Shown one piece after another: positions 1 through 10,183 of a DNA stretch of 64,000 nt. Both the position numbers and the translations under genes were made by a program. Positions within the stretch are counted from its first letter, which is position 1. Each line of letters starts with the position of its first letter. The DNA lies in the NCBI GenBank assembly GCA_018238545.1, contig JABCTC010000003.1:1-64000 (forward strand), given 5' to 3'. A model generated the notes under the pieces. It was given only the letters and a program-made list of their open reading frames with translations. It made no database searches and was not told where the DNA came from. This DNA comes from Candidatus Heimdallarchaeota archaeon (GTDB lineage Archaea > Asgardarchaeota > Heimdallarchaeia > Heimdallarchaeales > Heimdallarchaeaceae).

Positions 1-292
1 CTTTCATTTGGATTAACTCCAATTTTATGTGTTCGGTTGAGATACTTTGTGTATTCAACCCAAATTAAAAATACCAATCAGAAATTACTAACTCTTTTAA
101 GATTAAATAAAACTCCAATCGCTTAAATTTTTAACTTAGATAGAAAATTGTGTAACCTATTAATAAATACTCAGTTCTTGATAAAATTTATTGAAAATAA
201 ACAAAGTAATCTCCTCTTTTTTTGTGCTTTTTGTATGAAAGGCCACTCTAAGTGGGAAAAATCTTTAAATTGGGGATAATCTTGGTCGATTA

Positions 293-1318
293 ATGAAAGC
301 TGTTCAGTTAATTAAAATCGGCAAAGATTTAGAAGATCGAGAAATACCAATTCCAGTACCTAAACCTGACGAAGTCTTAATTAAAATCAAAGCAGCGGGT
401 ATATGTCATTCTGATATTCATTATAGAGATGGAGTTTCCTCAGTTGGGTATCGCCCTATCTCTTTAGGGCATGAGGTTGCAGGTGTAATAGAAAAATTAG
501 GCTCATGTGTGCTTGATTTCCAGTTAGGCGAAAGAGTTTGTCTTAATTATATGATTACATGCGGGAAGTGTCAATATTGTGTCAGAGGAACTGAACAATT
601 TTGCGAACAAGGAAAAATGATAGGGAAAGATGTAGATGGAGGATATGCAGAATATATTGCTGTGCCTATAAGAGGAATATACAGAATACCTGATTCTATT
701 TCATTTGAACATGCTTCTGTTATGATGTGCTCATCAGCAACTTCGCTCCATGCTCTTAAAAAAACTCGCTTCAAACCAGGAGAAACCATAGCCATTTTCG
801 GTTTAGGAGGGTTAGGAATATCAGCTATGCAATTAGCTAAAATATTTGGTGCAAGAGTAATCTATGCAATAGATATTGATTCAAGAAAACTTAAGGTAGC
901 AAAAGAAATGGGAGCAGTTCCAATAAATGCAAAGAAGAATGATCCAGTAAAGAAAATAATGGAATTAACAACTGGAGAAGGGGTAGATGTTGCTTTGGAG
1001 CTTATTGGTCTCTCAATAACTATGGAACAAGGAGTAAGATCTTTAGCCAGATTTGGTAGATTAGGTCTTGTAGGCATTACTAAAGATACATTTGATATCA
1101 ACTCATATGAAATAATTTGCAGAGAAAAGGAGATAATTGGCGTTTCTGATCACTTATTATCTGAACTACCATTTTTGTTTAATCTTGCAGAACAAGGAAA
1201 ATTAGATTTAAGTAAAGTAGTGACGAAAACAGTTCCTCTAGAAGCTGATGCTATCAATGAAGTACATCATCGGTTGAAGGAGTTTAATGCTGATTTCAGA
1301 ACTATAATTAAACCTTAG
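293..1318 (+). CDS. Zinc-dependent medium-chain alcohol dehydrogenase
   Basis: GICHSD and GHEVAG catalytic-Zn motifs, structural-Zn cluster CGKCQYC...C, Rossmann GLGGLG. Confidence 0.93.
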   Translation: MKAVQLIKIGKDLEDREIPIPVPKPDEVLIKIKAAGICHSDIHYRDGVSSVGYRPISLGHEVAGVIEKLGSCVLDFQLGERVCLNYMITCGKCQYCVRGTEQFCEQGKMIGKDVDGGYAEYIAVPIRGIYRIPDSISFEHASVMMCSSATSLHALKKTRFKPGETIAIFGLGGLGISAMQLAKIFGARVIYAIDIDSRKLKVAKEMGAVPINAKKNDPVKKIMELTTGEGVDVALELIGLSITMEQGVRSLARFGRLGLVGITKDTFDINSYEIICREKEIIGVSDHLLSELPFLFNLAEQGKLDLSKVVTKTVPLEADAINEVHHRLKEFNADFRTIIKP

Positions 1319-1361
1319 TCCTTCTTCTTCTGATGTACTATCTCGTATAACTTTAGAGAAG

Positions 1362-1997
1362 TTAGCCATTAGTAAAAGACAACTTTTCTCTTAATTGATT
1401 CAATGCTTTTAAGGAAAGTTCTTCAGGATTTGTCAGTATAGCTTCTTTAATTTTTTGAGCACATTCCATTGGACTGGAGTTGGTTGTATCTACTTCTATA
1501 TCATAGATGGTATGGGCATGAACTCTATCATAATGTATCTTAACTAAACCAAGTTTTCTATCCCCTCGTTCTTGTTCTCTTTTTTCTAGTTCTTCAAGAG
1601 TGCAATGAACACCTACAAATACAACTGGAAACTCACCTAGAATGTTGATACATTGTTTTAATACATTCTCTGTATCAAGTACTGTATCAGCAATTATGTT
1701 ATTTCCTGCTTTAGAAAAAGCAGCTAAAAAATGGTGAAAGGTAGAACTTCTTCTATTCCTAACACTGCATTTTTCAAGTAAAACATATCCTTCGTCTGGT
1801 GAAATGTCTTCTGGAATAGGTGTTGGGTTAAAACGCTTGGGAAATGCATCTTTGTATAACTGAAAAAACTTATCTAGTCCAACTATCAGATAAGGTTCAT
1901 CCATAATTTCTTGCAATGAATTTGCTATCATTGACTTCCCTGAACTCGAGACTCCATTTAATAATATGATTGAACCTTTAACCTCTTCAGATGACAT
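1362..1997 (-). CDS. Chloramphenicol-phosphotransferase-like P-loop kinase
   Basis: ILLNGVSSSGKS P-loop, VGVHC..EELEKRE..RGDR and YDIEVDT motifs. Start moved to ATG 1997 (MSSEEV) to avoid overlap with the upstream gene. Confidence 0.85.
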   Translation of the reverse strand: MSSEEVKGSIILLNGVSSSGKSMIANSLQEIMDEPYLIVGLDKFFQLYKDAFPKRFNPTPIPEDISPDEGYVLLEKCSVRNRRSSTFHHFLAAFSKAGNNIIADTVLDTENVLKQCINILGEFPVVFVGVHCTLEELEKREQERGDRKLGLVKIHYDRVHAHTIYDIEVDTTNSSPMECAQKIKEAILTNPEELSLKALNQLREKLSFTNG

Positions 1998-2010
1998 CAA
2001 ACAATTTAAT

Positions 2011-3342
2011 TCAGTTTCTTTTGATAAACATTCCTCTTTTTGTAGCAACAAATTTGCCATTCTCTACGAGGAACTCTCCTCTAAGTATTGTTGAATCAAC
2101 TGCTCCAATTATTTCTGATCCTTCATAAGGGCTATAATCTGATTTTGAGTGACCAGAATCGATGATTAATTGCTTCTTTGGGTCAAAAATGACTAAATCT
2201 GCATCTGATCCTTCTTGGATAATCCCTTTCCTAGGGAATAAACTGTGGATGACAGCAGGATTGATTGTATATTTTGGAATAATACTTTCCCCAAATAGAT
2301 TATACATAAGTGAAAAACTGTATTCCAAACTTCCAAGTCCTTTAGGAACTTGGCTGGGTTTTGCGTATCTCAACTTCTCTTCTTTTGTAAAAGGTGCATG
2401 ATCTGTTCCAATAGTATTTATTATTCCGATGTTTTTCTTCAGTTTTTCTTGTTCTTCTATAGAACGGAGAGGTGGTGCAAGAAGGAATAAGTTCCCATTT
2501 TCAGTAGAGTAAACTTCTTTGGTAAGGTAGAAATACTGGGGACAGCTTTCAATGAAAATATTGTGTTGTAGAAGCTCAGAGTATTTCTCTTTTAGAAGAT
2601 CTATTGAAGACCCACAAGTGACATGTACGAAGTAGATTCTTCCTTTAAGTTCTGAAACGATTTTTGCTAATTTATCTATTTCTTCGATTTCTGCATTAGC
2701 AGGTCTTGAGCTTTCATATACAGCTATTTGGTCTTCTACATTTGAATTTATTATTATTTCATCGTTTTCAGTATGTATTAGGATAAGACTGTCAGTTAAA
2801 CCTGAAATTTCAATAAACTCTCTGATTTTTTCATATGCGCATCTGCGATTTGATTCAGAATATGTTGTAAATAATTTGATTGAAGGAATACCATTATCAA
2901 TCGATAATTTTACGAGTTTTTCTGCATCATCTTCGAAATTACCAACAGTTGTATGGAAACTATAGTCTATAAATGATGTTTCAGCTTCTTTGTGTTTCTG
3001 TTGAAGTTTTTCGTCAAATTCATCCACAGTAATAATCGGTTCAAGGAAATCGATGAAAGTAGTAATTCCACCAAAAGCAGCAGCCCTAGAAGCACTCTCA
3101 TAATCATCACTTGATTTGAATTCACCCAAATCAAGGTTGATATGAACATGAGGGTCGATAAATCCAGGCATGACTAATTTATTTGTACAGTCTACAATTT
3201 TTTTGCATGGTAGGGTTTTTCCAGAAGGAACAATTTTTGTAATTTTTTGATCAGACAGATAGATGTCTTCGAGATAAAAAGTTCCATTATGATATATTGA
3301 ACCATTTACAAGGCTCATGCTATATTCAAAATCCTTTTTCAC
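2011..3342 (-). CDS. Dihydropyrimidinase/hydantoinase-type cyclic amidohydrolase (HyuA-like)
   Basis: PGFIDPHVH, AAAFGGITT, IKLF (carbamylated Lys), HTEN, HVT, TDHAPF, GSDADLV. Confidence 0.85.
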   Translation of the reverse strand: MKKDFEYSMSLVNGSIYHNGTFYLEDIYLSDQKITKIVPSGKTLPCKKIVDCTNKLVMPGFIDPHVHINLDLGEFKSSDDYESASRAAAFGGITTFIDFLEPIITVDEFDEKLQQKHKEAETSFIDYSFHTTVGNFEDDAEKLVKLSIDNGIPSIKLFTTYSESNRRCAYEKIREFIEISGLTDSLILIHTENDEIIINSNVEDQIAVYESSRPANAEIEEIDKLAKIVSELKGRIYFVHVTCGSSIDLLKEKYSELLQHNIFIESCPQYFYLTKEVYSTENGNLFLLAPPLRSIEEQEKLKKNIGIINTIGTDHAPFTKEEKLRYAKPSQVPKGLGSLEYSFSLMYNLFGESIIPKYTINPAVIHSLFPRKGIIQEGSDADLVIFDPKKQLIIDSGHSKSDYSPYEGSEIIGAVDSTILRGEFLVENGKFVATKRGMFIKRN

Positions 3343-3446
3343 GGACTAACACTATCATACTTTCATATTAATATTGTCTTTTTAGAAAGGAAATAAATCA
3401 ATTTTTTTGAGAATATACTTATTAATACAAAATAAAAGGTTTCATA

Positions 3447-3980
3447 ATGAATGAAATGGATAATTCTGATAAAGAAATTGTTTCAGGTAAGAAGGGTATT
3501 TTGTCATTACCAGGTTTTCCTATTGTTATAGGGTGTATTGGTAAAAATCTTATAGCTTTAGCTGCAGTAAGTATGGTTTCATTTGATAACCCTCCTTTAA
3601 TTATGATCGGAATTGTTCCCCAAAGATATTCATTTGAACTGATAAAAGAAGTAAAGGATTATTCAATAAACATCCCCACAACTGAACTTATAGATGATGT
3701 GAAACATATAGGAAAAATTTCAGGTAGAGATGTCGAAGATAAATTTAAAGCAACAGGGCTTACACCAGTAAAAGCTTCAAAAATAAGTTCATATCTAATA
3801 AAAGAATGTCCGGTTAATCTAGAATGTAAGGTTGTTCATACTCTTGATTTAGGGGGAACGCATACGTGGTTTGTTGGTGAAGTAGTAACTGCTCATTTAG
3901 CTAAAGATTATGATCGGTCTAAAGCATTCATGTTCTGGCCTAGACAATTCAGATATGTTGGCGATGTAATCGAAACTTGA
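3447..3980 (+). CDS. Flavin reductase-like (flavoredoxin) FMN-binding protein
   Basis: PPLIMIGI, SGRD, DKF..TGLTP, ECPVNLECKV, GTHTWFVGEV. Confidence 0.88.
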   Translation: MNEMDNSDKEIVSGKKGILSLPGFPIVIGCIGKNLIALAAVSMVSFDNPPLIMIGIVPQRYSFELIKEVKDYSINIPTTELIDDVKHIGKISGRDVEDKFKATGLTPVKASKISSYLIKECPVNLECKVVHTLDLGGTHTWFVGEVVTAHLAKDYDRSKAFMFWPRQFRYVGDVIET

Positions 3981-3985
3981 AAGAT

Positions 3986-4080
3986 GATCCGCAAGTGCTA
4001 CCTAAACTTAGTGTGGGGGCGGGTTAGGAGTGTACGTGATTACCCACTCAGAGTGAGTTATTCAGCGGTGAAACTCTAAA
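3986..4080 (+). mobile_element. Orphan fragment homologous to the 3' end/omegaRNA region of the tnpB at 15734-16999
   Basis: gatccgcaag..cctaaac..taggag..tacgtgat..ccac..agagtgagt..ggtga..ctcta aligns colinearly with 16910-17025. Confidence 0.8.
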
Positions 4081-4118
4081 TAAGAAAATGTTTTAAGCCA
4101 ATATGATAAAATCAAATC

Positions 4119-5072
4119 ATGAGAAGTTTTGTAGGGCGTGACATTATATCATTAAAGGATTTTGAACGCCATGAATTTGAGCGAATATTTGAGGTTGCAG
4201 ATAAATTAGCCCCAATAGTTCGCAATAGAAAAAATGTAGATTTATTGAAAGAAAAAGTAATGGTAACTGCTTTTTATCAGCCTTCAACCAGGACTCGTTT
4301 AGCACACGAAACAGCTATGCTTCGATTGGGTGGAAAGGTGACAGGATTTTCTGACGCTAAAATGACCCGCGCAGGTGACTTTTATATGGAATCCATCAAG
4401 GACACCTTTAAGATGCTCGAAAATTACGGAGACGTCATTGTTATGAGACATTTCCAGAAAGGCGCTCCCAAAGAAGCTGCTAAATGGGTAAGTGTTCCTA
4501 TTATCAATGGTGGAGATGGATGGGGAGAACATCCTACACAAATCCTCACTGATCTTTATACTATTTATAAAGAAAAAGGTCGCTTAGATGGATTAAGGTG
4601 GGTAGCTGTAGGTGATATGAGAATGCGTACCATGCACTCACTTGGTCATGCTTTAACACAGTTCGACTGTCCGATAACCTTCATATCGCCAAAAGACATG
4701 GAACTTCCTGATGAATACAGAGAAGATTTCAAACGTAACGGTCTGAACTTCACCGAAGGTAATGATGTTCGCACAGTTATCGCAGATGCAGATGTAATCC
4801 TTGTTGAACCAGTAGTTCAGCCTGATTATACCAAATCCCGTGATGAAAGAGATGGTGAAGTTGCACTAACACCACCCGAATTCAAAATCACCAAAGAACT
4901 TCTGGAAACCAAAGCAAAATCAGATGCAATATTACTCCACTCTTTACCCCGTATGGATGAAATTCCTCCCGATGTAGATCAAACCCGCTGGGCTCGTTAC
5001 TGGAAGGAAGGTCATAACGGTGTTGTAATGCGTATGGCTCTACTAGCCTTGGTTTTAGGTGCAGAGGAGTAG
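4119..5072 (+). CDS. ATCase-like carbamoyltransferase with non-canonical substrate site
   Basis: FYQPSTRT, HPTQ and HSLPR are present, but the ATCase aspartate-binding motifs are altered (GDMRMRT; EPVVQPD in place of RxQxER). Confidence 0.8.
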   Translation: MRSFVGRDIISLKDFERHEFERIFEVADKLAPIVRNRKNVDLLKEKVMVTAFYQPSTRTRLAHETAMLRLGGKVTGFSDAKMTRAGDFYMESIKDTFKMLENYGDVIVMRHFQKGAPKEAAKWVSVPIINGGDGWGEHPTQILTDLYTIYKEKGRLDGLRWVAVGDMRMRTMHSLGHALTQFDCPITFISPKDMELPDEYREDFKRNGLNFTEGNDVRTVIADADVILVEPVVQPDYTKSRDERDGEVALTPPEFKITKELLETKAKSDAILLHSLPRMDEIPPDVDQTRWARYWKEGHNGVVMRMALLALVLGAEE

Positions 5073-5078
5073 ATTATA

Positions 5079-6059
5079 ATGATATCTGATTTACGAGGTC
5101 GTGACTTAATCGGCGACCTAGATTTTACAAAAGAAGAAGTAGAAACTGTTCTGGAAGTAGCCTGGGATCTTAAGAAAAAACGAGCCCTTGGTGAAAGACA
5201 CGCTTTGCTTCTGGATAAAACGTTATGTATGCTATTCTTCTTCTCAAGCACACGAACACGAGCTTCTTTTGAGTCAGGAATGGCACAGCTAGGAGGACAA
5301 GCAACATTTTTGGAGAGCCGCACAACACAGGTTTCTCATGGAGACACAGAAAAAGAACTAGGAGAAATCCTTGGAAGATATTATGATGGAATTGCCATTC
5401 GTCATTGCGATTGGGGAGTAGGAAACAAGTACATAAACAACGTGGCTTCCGCCTCACGCTCACCTGTTTTGAATATGCAGTGTGATATTTATCATCCTCA
5501 CCAATGCCTTGCCGATATCATGACTATCATGGAGAAAAAAGGTCGGGATTTAAGAGGAAAGAAAATTGTCGTGTCATGGGCATACGCTTCATCTTACCTT
5601 AAACCAATTTCTGTTCCACAGTCATTGATTCTACAGATGCCTCGTTTTGGTCTTGATGTAACACTTGCACATCCACCTGAATTTAAGTTGATGCCGGAGA
5701 TTATGAAACAAGCTCAAGAACAAGCTGATAAATTTGGTAGCAAATTTGAAGTAGTGGATAGCATGGAAGAAGGTTTCAAGGATGCAGATATAGTATATGC
5801 TAAATCTTGGGGACCCTTACTCACAACACAAGATCCAGTTGAAGGCAAAAAGATCCAAGATCAATACAAGGATTGGATTACTGACTCTAAAAAGATGGCT
5901 CTTGCAGACAAGGATGCAATTTATATGCACCCGCTTCCAGCTGATCGCGATGTGGAGGTTACAAGCGAAGTAATGGATGGTCCGCAATCAGTGGTCTTTG
6001 ATCAGGCTGAAAATAGAATGCATGCTCAGAAAGCAGTAATGGCATTAACAATGCGGTAG
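5079..6059 (+). CDS. YgeW-like carbamoyltransferase
   Basis: SSTRT, HPHQ, HPLPAD, plus WAYASSYLKPISVPQS..RFGLDVTLAHP and FKDADIVYAKSW, matching YgeW-type rather than OTCase motifs. Confidence 0.8.
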   Translation: MISDLRGRDLIGDLDFTKEEVETVLEVAWDLKKKRALGERHALLLDKTLCMLFFFSSTRTRASFESGMAQLGGQATFLESRTTQVSHGDTEKELGEILGRYYDGIAIRHCDWGVGNKYINNVASASRSPVLNMQCDIYHPHQCLADIMTIMEKKGRDLRGKKIVVSWAYASSYLKPISVPQSLILQMPRFGLDVTLAHPPEFKLMPEIMKQAQEQADKFGSKFEVVDSMEEGFKDADIVYAKSWGPLLTTQDPVEGKKIQDQYKDWITDSKKMALADKDAIYMHPLPADRDVEVTSEVMDGPQSVVFDQAENRMHAQKAVMALTMR

Positions 6060-6068
6060 GAGATACAA

Positions 6069-7025
6069 ATGTCAGAACAAAAAAAAGTAGCAGTTGTAGC
6101 GATTGGTGGAAATTCACTCATCAAATCCAAACAGCATCAAACAGTAGAAGATCAATATAAAGCAACCCAGGAAACTGCAATTCATCTGGTAGATATGATT
6201 GAAGAAGGCTGGGATATTGCAATTGGACATGGTAATGGACCCCAGGTTGGATTCATTTTACGACGAAGTGAAATTGCTCATAAGGTGGAAGGTATGCATG
6301 AACTTCCCCTGGATGTTTGCGGAGCTGACAGCCAAGGCGCTATCGGTTATGCCTTGCAGCAGAATATACAAAACGAACTCAAAAAAAGGGGAATTGACAA
6401 ACCAGTAGCAACTGTGATTACTCAAGTTCGAGTAGATCCAAATGACCCTGCTTTCCAGACACCTGCTAAACCTATTGGTACATTCATGGAAGTAGAAGAG
6501 GCGGAAAAAAGGAAACAAGATTTATGTTGGAATGTGGTTGAAGATGCCGGTCGTGGCTGGCGTCGAGTGGTAGCTTCCCCGTTACCTGTGGAAATAATGG
6601 AACTAGAAGCTATTAAAACGTTAATCAATTCTGGAACAGTTACAATTACAGTGGGTGGTGGAGGAATACCAGTTATTGAGACCGATCAAGGAATAGAGGG
6701 GACTGCAGCAGTAATTGACAAAGATTTTGCATCTGCGTTCCTGGCCAATAAAATCAATGCGGATATGCTTCTAATTTCAACTGCTGTTGAAAAAGTTTCC
6801 TTGAATTTTGGTAAACCTAATCAAGTTGATTTGGATCAGCTCACAATTGCCGAGGCTAAAAAGTACCTAGCAGAAGGAACTCACTTTGCTAAAGGTTCAA
6901 TGGAACCAAAAATTAAAGCTATCGTTCAGTTTTTGGAGCAAGGTGGTAAAGAAGCCCTAGTTACCAATCCTGAAAACATCGGTCGGGCTTTAAAGGGTGA
7001 AACAGGAACCAAGTTTGTTCCTTAG
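6069..7025 (+). CDS. arcC: Carbamate kinase
   Basis: AIGGNSL, HGNGPQVG, GWRRVVASP, GGGGIPV, AVIDKD, GSMEPK. Confidence 0.96.
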   Translation: MSEQKKVAVVAIGGNSLIKSKQHQTVEDQYKATQETAIHLVDMIEEGWDIAIGHGNGPQVGFILRRSEIAHKVEGMHELPLDVCGADSQGAIGYALQQNIQNELKKRGIDKPVATVITQVRVDPNDPAFQTPAKPIGTFMEVEEAEKRKQDLCWNVVEDAGRGWRRVVASPLPVEIMELEAIKTLINSGTVTITVGGGGIPVIETDQGIEGTAAVIDKDFASAFLANKINADMLLISTAVEKVSLNFGKPNQVDLDQLTIAEAKKYLAEGTHFAKGSMEPKIKAIVQFLEQGGKEALVTNPENIGRALKGETGTKFVP

Positions 7026-7329
7026 TGCAGTATTAATATGCAGCAAGTTACTATAAAAGGAAAAGAAACTGTGGATAGAGAGATAAAAGTTAATTGACAC
7101 CTTCTTTCAGAAAGAATAAAAGCATCTGTTTAAACATTCTCCCATGATTTGTTTAACTACATCCATCATCTTTTCTTTATAAGCACTATGAACTATTTTA
7201 TTACTAATCACATAGAAACAAAGTAATAAGTTAGATGCAATACTGTTAGTATTGGGTACTGGAAGTTCTAAACTAGAATTAAGCTCTTTACTGTAATCTA
7301 ATTTAGTCCTCTAGTTACATAAATTAGAA

Positions 7330-8994
7330 TCACTTTCTTTTTCGTCTAGATATAAACTTGAAATAACCATATAGTGCTAAAGGAATTACTAGTACTAAAG
7401 CAAGATATGAATAATAAACTAAATTGTTCTTGTAGATTGGGGGTTCAGAAAGAGGATAAGGATCTTCGGCAAGTGCTGATCCATCGATACTGTAATTTCC
7501 ACTTCCCTGATAGTCTCCCCAGTAGTTTCCTTCCTCTTTTTGTTCATCATACCAAATGTTGTTTTGACCATCATCTTTGGCTTGAGATGTTCCAAAATGC
7601 TGATTATTATCGTAGAAAGAATTATGATGAACAGAGTTGTTAGATGAGTATGCGTCTAAAACTACACCCCAAACAATGTTGTTTTGTAGAAAATTATAGC
7701 TAAGTTCATTTTTATCAGAGTTTTCTAATACTATTCCTACATAGTTTAAACTACAATTATTATTAATAATCTCAATGTTTGTGGAACCAACTATATTGAT
7801 TCCGTAATTTCGATTATTAGAACAGACAGTACTCTTAATCAAACTATTAGAGCAATAAAACATAGTGATTCCTGTAATTGTATCACAAAGATATTGATTC
7901 TTTATTCGAACATTAGAACAATCTGCAAAAAAAAGTTGACCATAAATTGACTTAGTAATTGTTAGGTCTTTTAAACTTGCAAAATAGCCAAACTCTTTGT
8001 CATTTACTGTGTTATTTAAGACGATATAAGTAGTATAGTCATTTTTGTTTAGTTCATAGAATTTGAAACCACTTCTATACAGAATATTATTGGTGATTTT
8101 AGACTTTTCAGCATCGTTTATAAGAATACCAATTGCATTTCCAGAACAATTATTACAATCAACTGTTATATTCCCCCCATTATCAATAGAAATTCCAACT
8201 CCTCTACCTGAACAATAGTTGTTTAGTACATAAGAATCATTGGATTCATGAAGGGCGATATTATTTTGTACATTGTCAATACACAAGTTATCTGCAACAA
8301 CTGAACTATTGGATTGAGATAAACTAATTCCTCCAGAATAATCATTGTTTTTACATCTATTATCAGCTACGTACGATAAAGGTGATTCTTCCACAACAAT
8401 CCCCCCCATACTATTTGAATTGCAAGTGTTATTATTAATCAAACACGCTTCACTTCGGTCTACAAATATCCCTATCCAACCATCCTGAATACACCGATTG
8501 TTTTCAATTTGTGATTCATAAGAGTTCCCAACATGAATACCAGCAAAGCTATTAAAGTTGCAAGTATTGTTAATTATTTTCGTGCCTGGTGAATGATTGA
8601 TTCGAATGCCTGTTGCAGAATTTCCCACACAAATGTTGTCTTCTATTATAGTTGTTTCTTTCCTTACAGAATCTATAACTATACCGCCCCTATAAGCATC
8701 TACAAAACAATTCTGAATTATAAAATGTTTAGTTGTATTGAAAACATAAATTCCTTTTTCTTCTGTAGTTGTAATATTTAAATTTTCAATCCTATATGAA
8801 TCAAGAGGAGTTCCATTACCTAGAAATCCATAATCTGTGAAATTTGAATCATTTGTTATTATAATTGGTAATGAGTCTAAGTAAGAAAGAGAATAGGGAT
8901 AAGTAGTACTTTCTGAAACAATTATATTCTGAACAGTAATCTCAGTTGAGCTTATTAATATAATTAAAACAAACATTTGATATAATTTATTCAT
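7330..8994 (-). CDS. Membrane-anchored cell-surface right-handed beta-helix (NosD-like) protein
   Basis: N-terminal signal peptide, many NxCxxNxxGI repeats, GNYWGDY and DPYPL motifs, C-terminal TM followed by a basic tail. Confidence 0.88.
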   Translation of the reverse strand: MNKLYQMFVLIILISSTEITVQNIIVSESTTYPYSLSYLDSLPIIITNDSNFTDYGFLGNGTPLDSYRIENLNITTTEEKGIYVFNTTKHFIIQNCFVDAYRGGIVIDSVRKETTIIEDNICVGNSATGIRINHSPGTKIINNTCNFNSFAGIHVGNSYESQIENNRCIQDGWIGIFVDRSEACLINNNTCNSNSMGGIVVEESPLSYVADNRCKNNDYSGGISLSQSNSSVVADNLCIDNVQNNIALHESNDSYVLNNYCSGRGVGISIDNGGNITVDCNNCSGNAIGILINDAEKSKITNNILYRSGFKFYELNKNDYTTYIVLNNTVNDKEFGYFASLKDLTITKSIYGQLFFADCSNVRIKNQYLCDTITGITMFYCSNSLIKSTVCSNNRNYGINIVGSTNIEIINNNCSLNYVGIVLENSDKNELSYNFLQNNIVWGVVLDAYSSNNSVHHNSFYDNNQHFGTSQAKDDGQNNIWYDEQKEEGNYWGDYQGSGNYSIDGSALAEDPYPLSEPPIYKNNLVYYSYLALVLVIPLALYGYFKFISRRKRK

Positions 8995-9022
8995 TGCATA
9001 CTTATCCCCTTTGTTATTTTAT

Positions 9023-9856
9023 TTATTGTGGTGTGATGCCCTCTATTGATAAACAGAATCCATTTCCATAGTCACTCAATTTTGTTGGAGTTTGGTTTGC
9101 GTTGTAGTAATTAACTGACCCTACATAATAATTATACCAAAACAATGCATCATCGAAAATATCTATGAAATCTGCAGTTATTGAACCTGAAGATCCACGT
9201 TCAGAATTTCCATTCCAAGAATAGTGCAGAAAACACTGTGCCCAGCATCTAAATTCTTTATCAACATCCCACCATGAGGTTTCATCGTCGCGAGTAGCTG
9301 CGGCTAGGAAAAAGGTATCTGAGTTATTAAGTAATTCTAGTTCGTTATACATGCCAGAAGCATTACAGCAATCAAAGAAGAAAAACACTCTTTCTGCGAT
9401 TGAGTTTTCCATTATCGTTGCTAATTCTGTATCATTGAAAAATCCCTCGTTGTCTGGATTACCAGGATCTGCTTCGTAGGCACTTAGGGCGTAACTTTCT
9501 CCTTTATCATACTTATAACCATGACCTGAGAAGATGAAAGCTATAATGTCTCCACCATCTGCACCAGAAACCATTGTATTTAGTTTGGTTTTTATTGCAC
9601 TTTCTGTAGCAGCATTATTTTTCAAGACTTCTACATTGTCAAAATCTAAACCAGTTTCGTTTGTGAAGTGGGCATTCCACGTATCAGCATCGTTATCACT
9701 AAATTGTGCGTTACCAAGAGGATAGTAATCTTCAATTCCAACAATGACTGCCCATTTTACGACATAATATAGATCAAAATTATATCTCCAAGGACCACTA
9801 CCTTCGGGTCTTCCTATTAGATTATCATATTGTTGAGTTGTCCAATTTGAGTTCAT
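9023..9856 (-). CDS. Caspase/metacaspase family (C14) peptidase
   Basis: KWAVIVGIEDY, FIFSGHG (catalytic His), FFFDCC (catalytic Cys). Confidence 0.85.
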   Translation of the reverse strand: MNSNWTTQQYDNLIGRPEGSGPWRYNFDLYYVVKWAVIVGIEDYYPLGNAQFSDNDADTWNAHFTNETGLDFDNVEVLKNNAATESAIKTKLNTMVSGADGGDIIAFIFSGHGYKYDKGESYALSAYEADPGNPDNEGFFNDTELATIMENSIAERVFFFFDCCNASGMYNELELLNNSDTFFLAAATRDDETSWWDVDKEFRCWAQCFLHYSWNGNSERGSSGSITADFIDIFDDALFWYNYYVGSVNYYNANQTPTKLSDYGNGFCLSIEGITPQ

Positions 9857-10183
9857 TGAAGCTGTTAATGTGTATCTCTTTTTTTCAGTATTTAAGGTAC
9901 TAGAGAGAGTTCATGACAAGTGAAAAAAGTAATCAAAAAACGGAAAAACTCTAGGTGTTACTTCATTCCTATTTGTTCATGTATAAAGCTTTTATAGAAG
10001 TTTGTAATCAAATCATCTGGAGCTAGCGACTTTCCTTTATATTATATTCAAATCACTTATGAATTTAGTTTAAGGTTGAGCTAGCTCCTTTACTTATTTA
10101 CAATGGATTCTTTTAACTATTTAACTTTAAAATATACTTAAAGTTATTGTACAAAACCTCGCTTCCTTATGAATCCCTCTAAA

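Noticed and set aside
4119-7025. Canonical pyrB/argF or arginine deiminase operon
   Set aside because: Substrate-site motifs deviate, the second enzyme is YgeW-like, and no arcA or pyrI is present in the window
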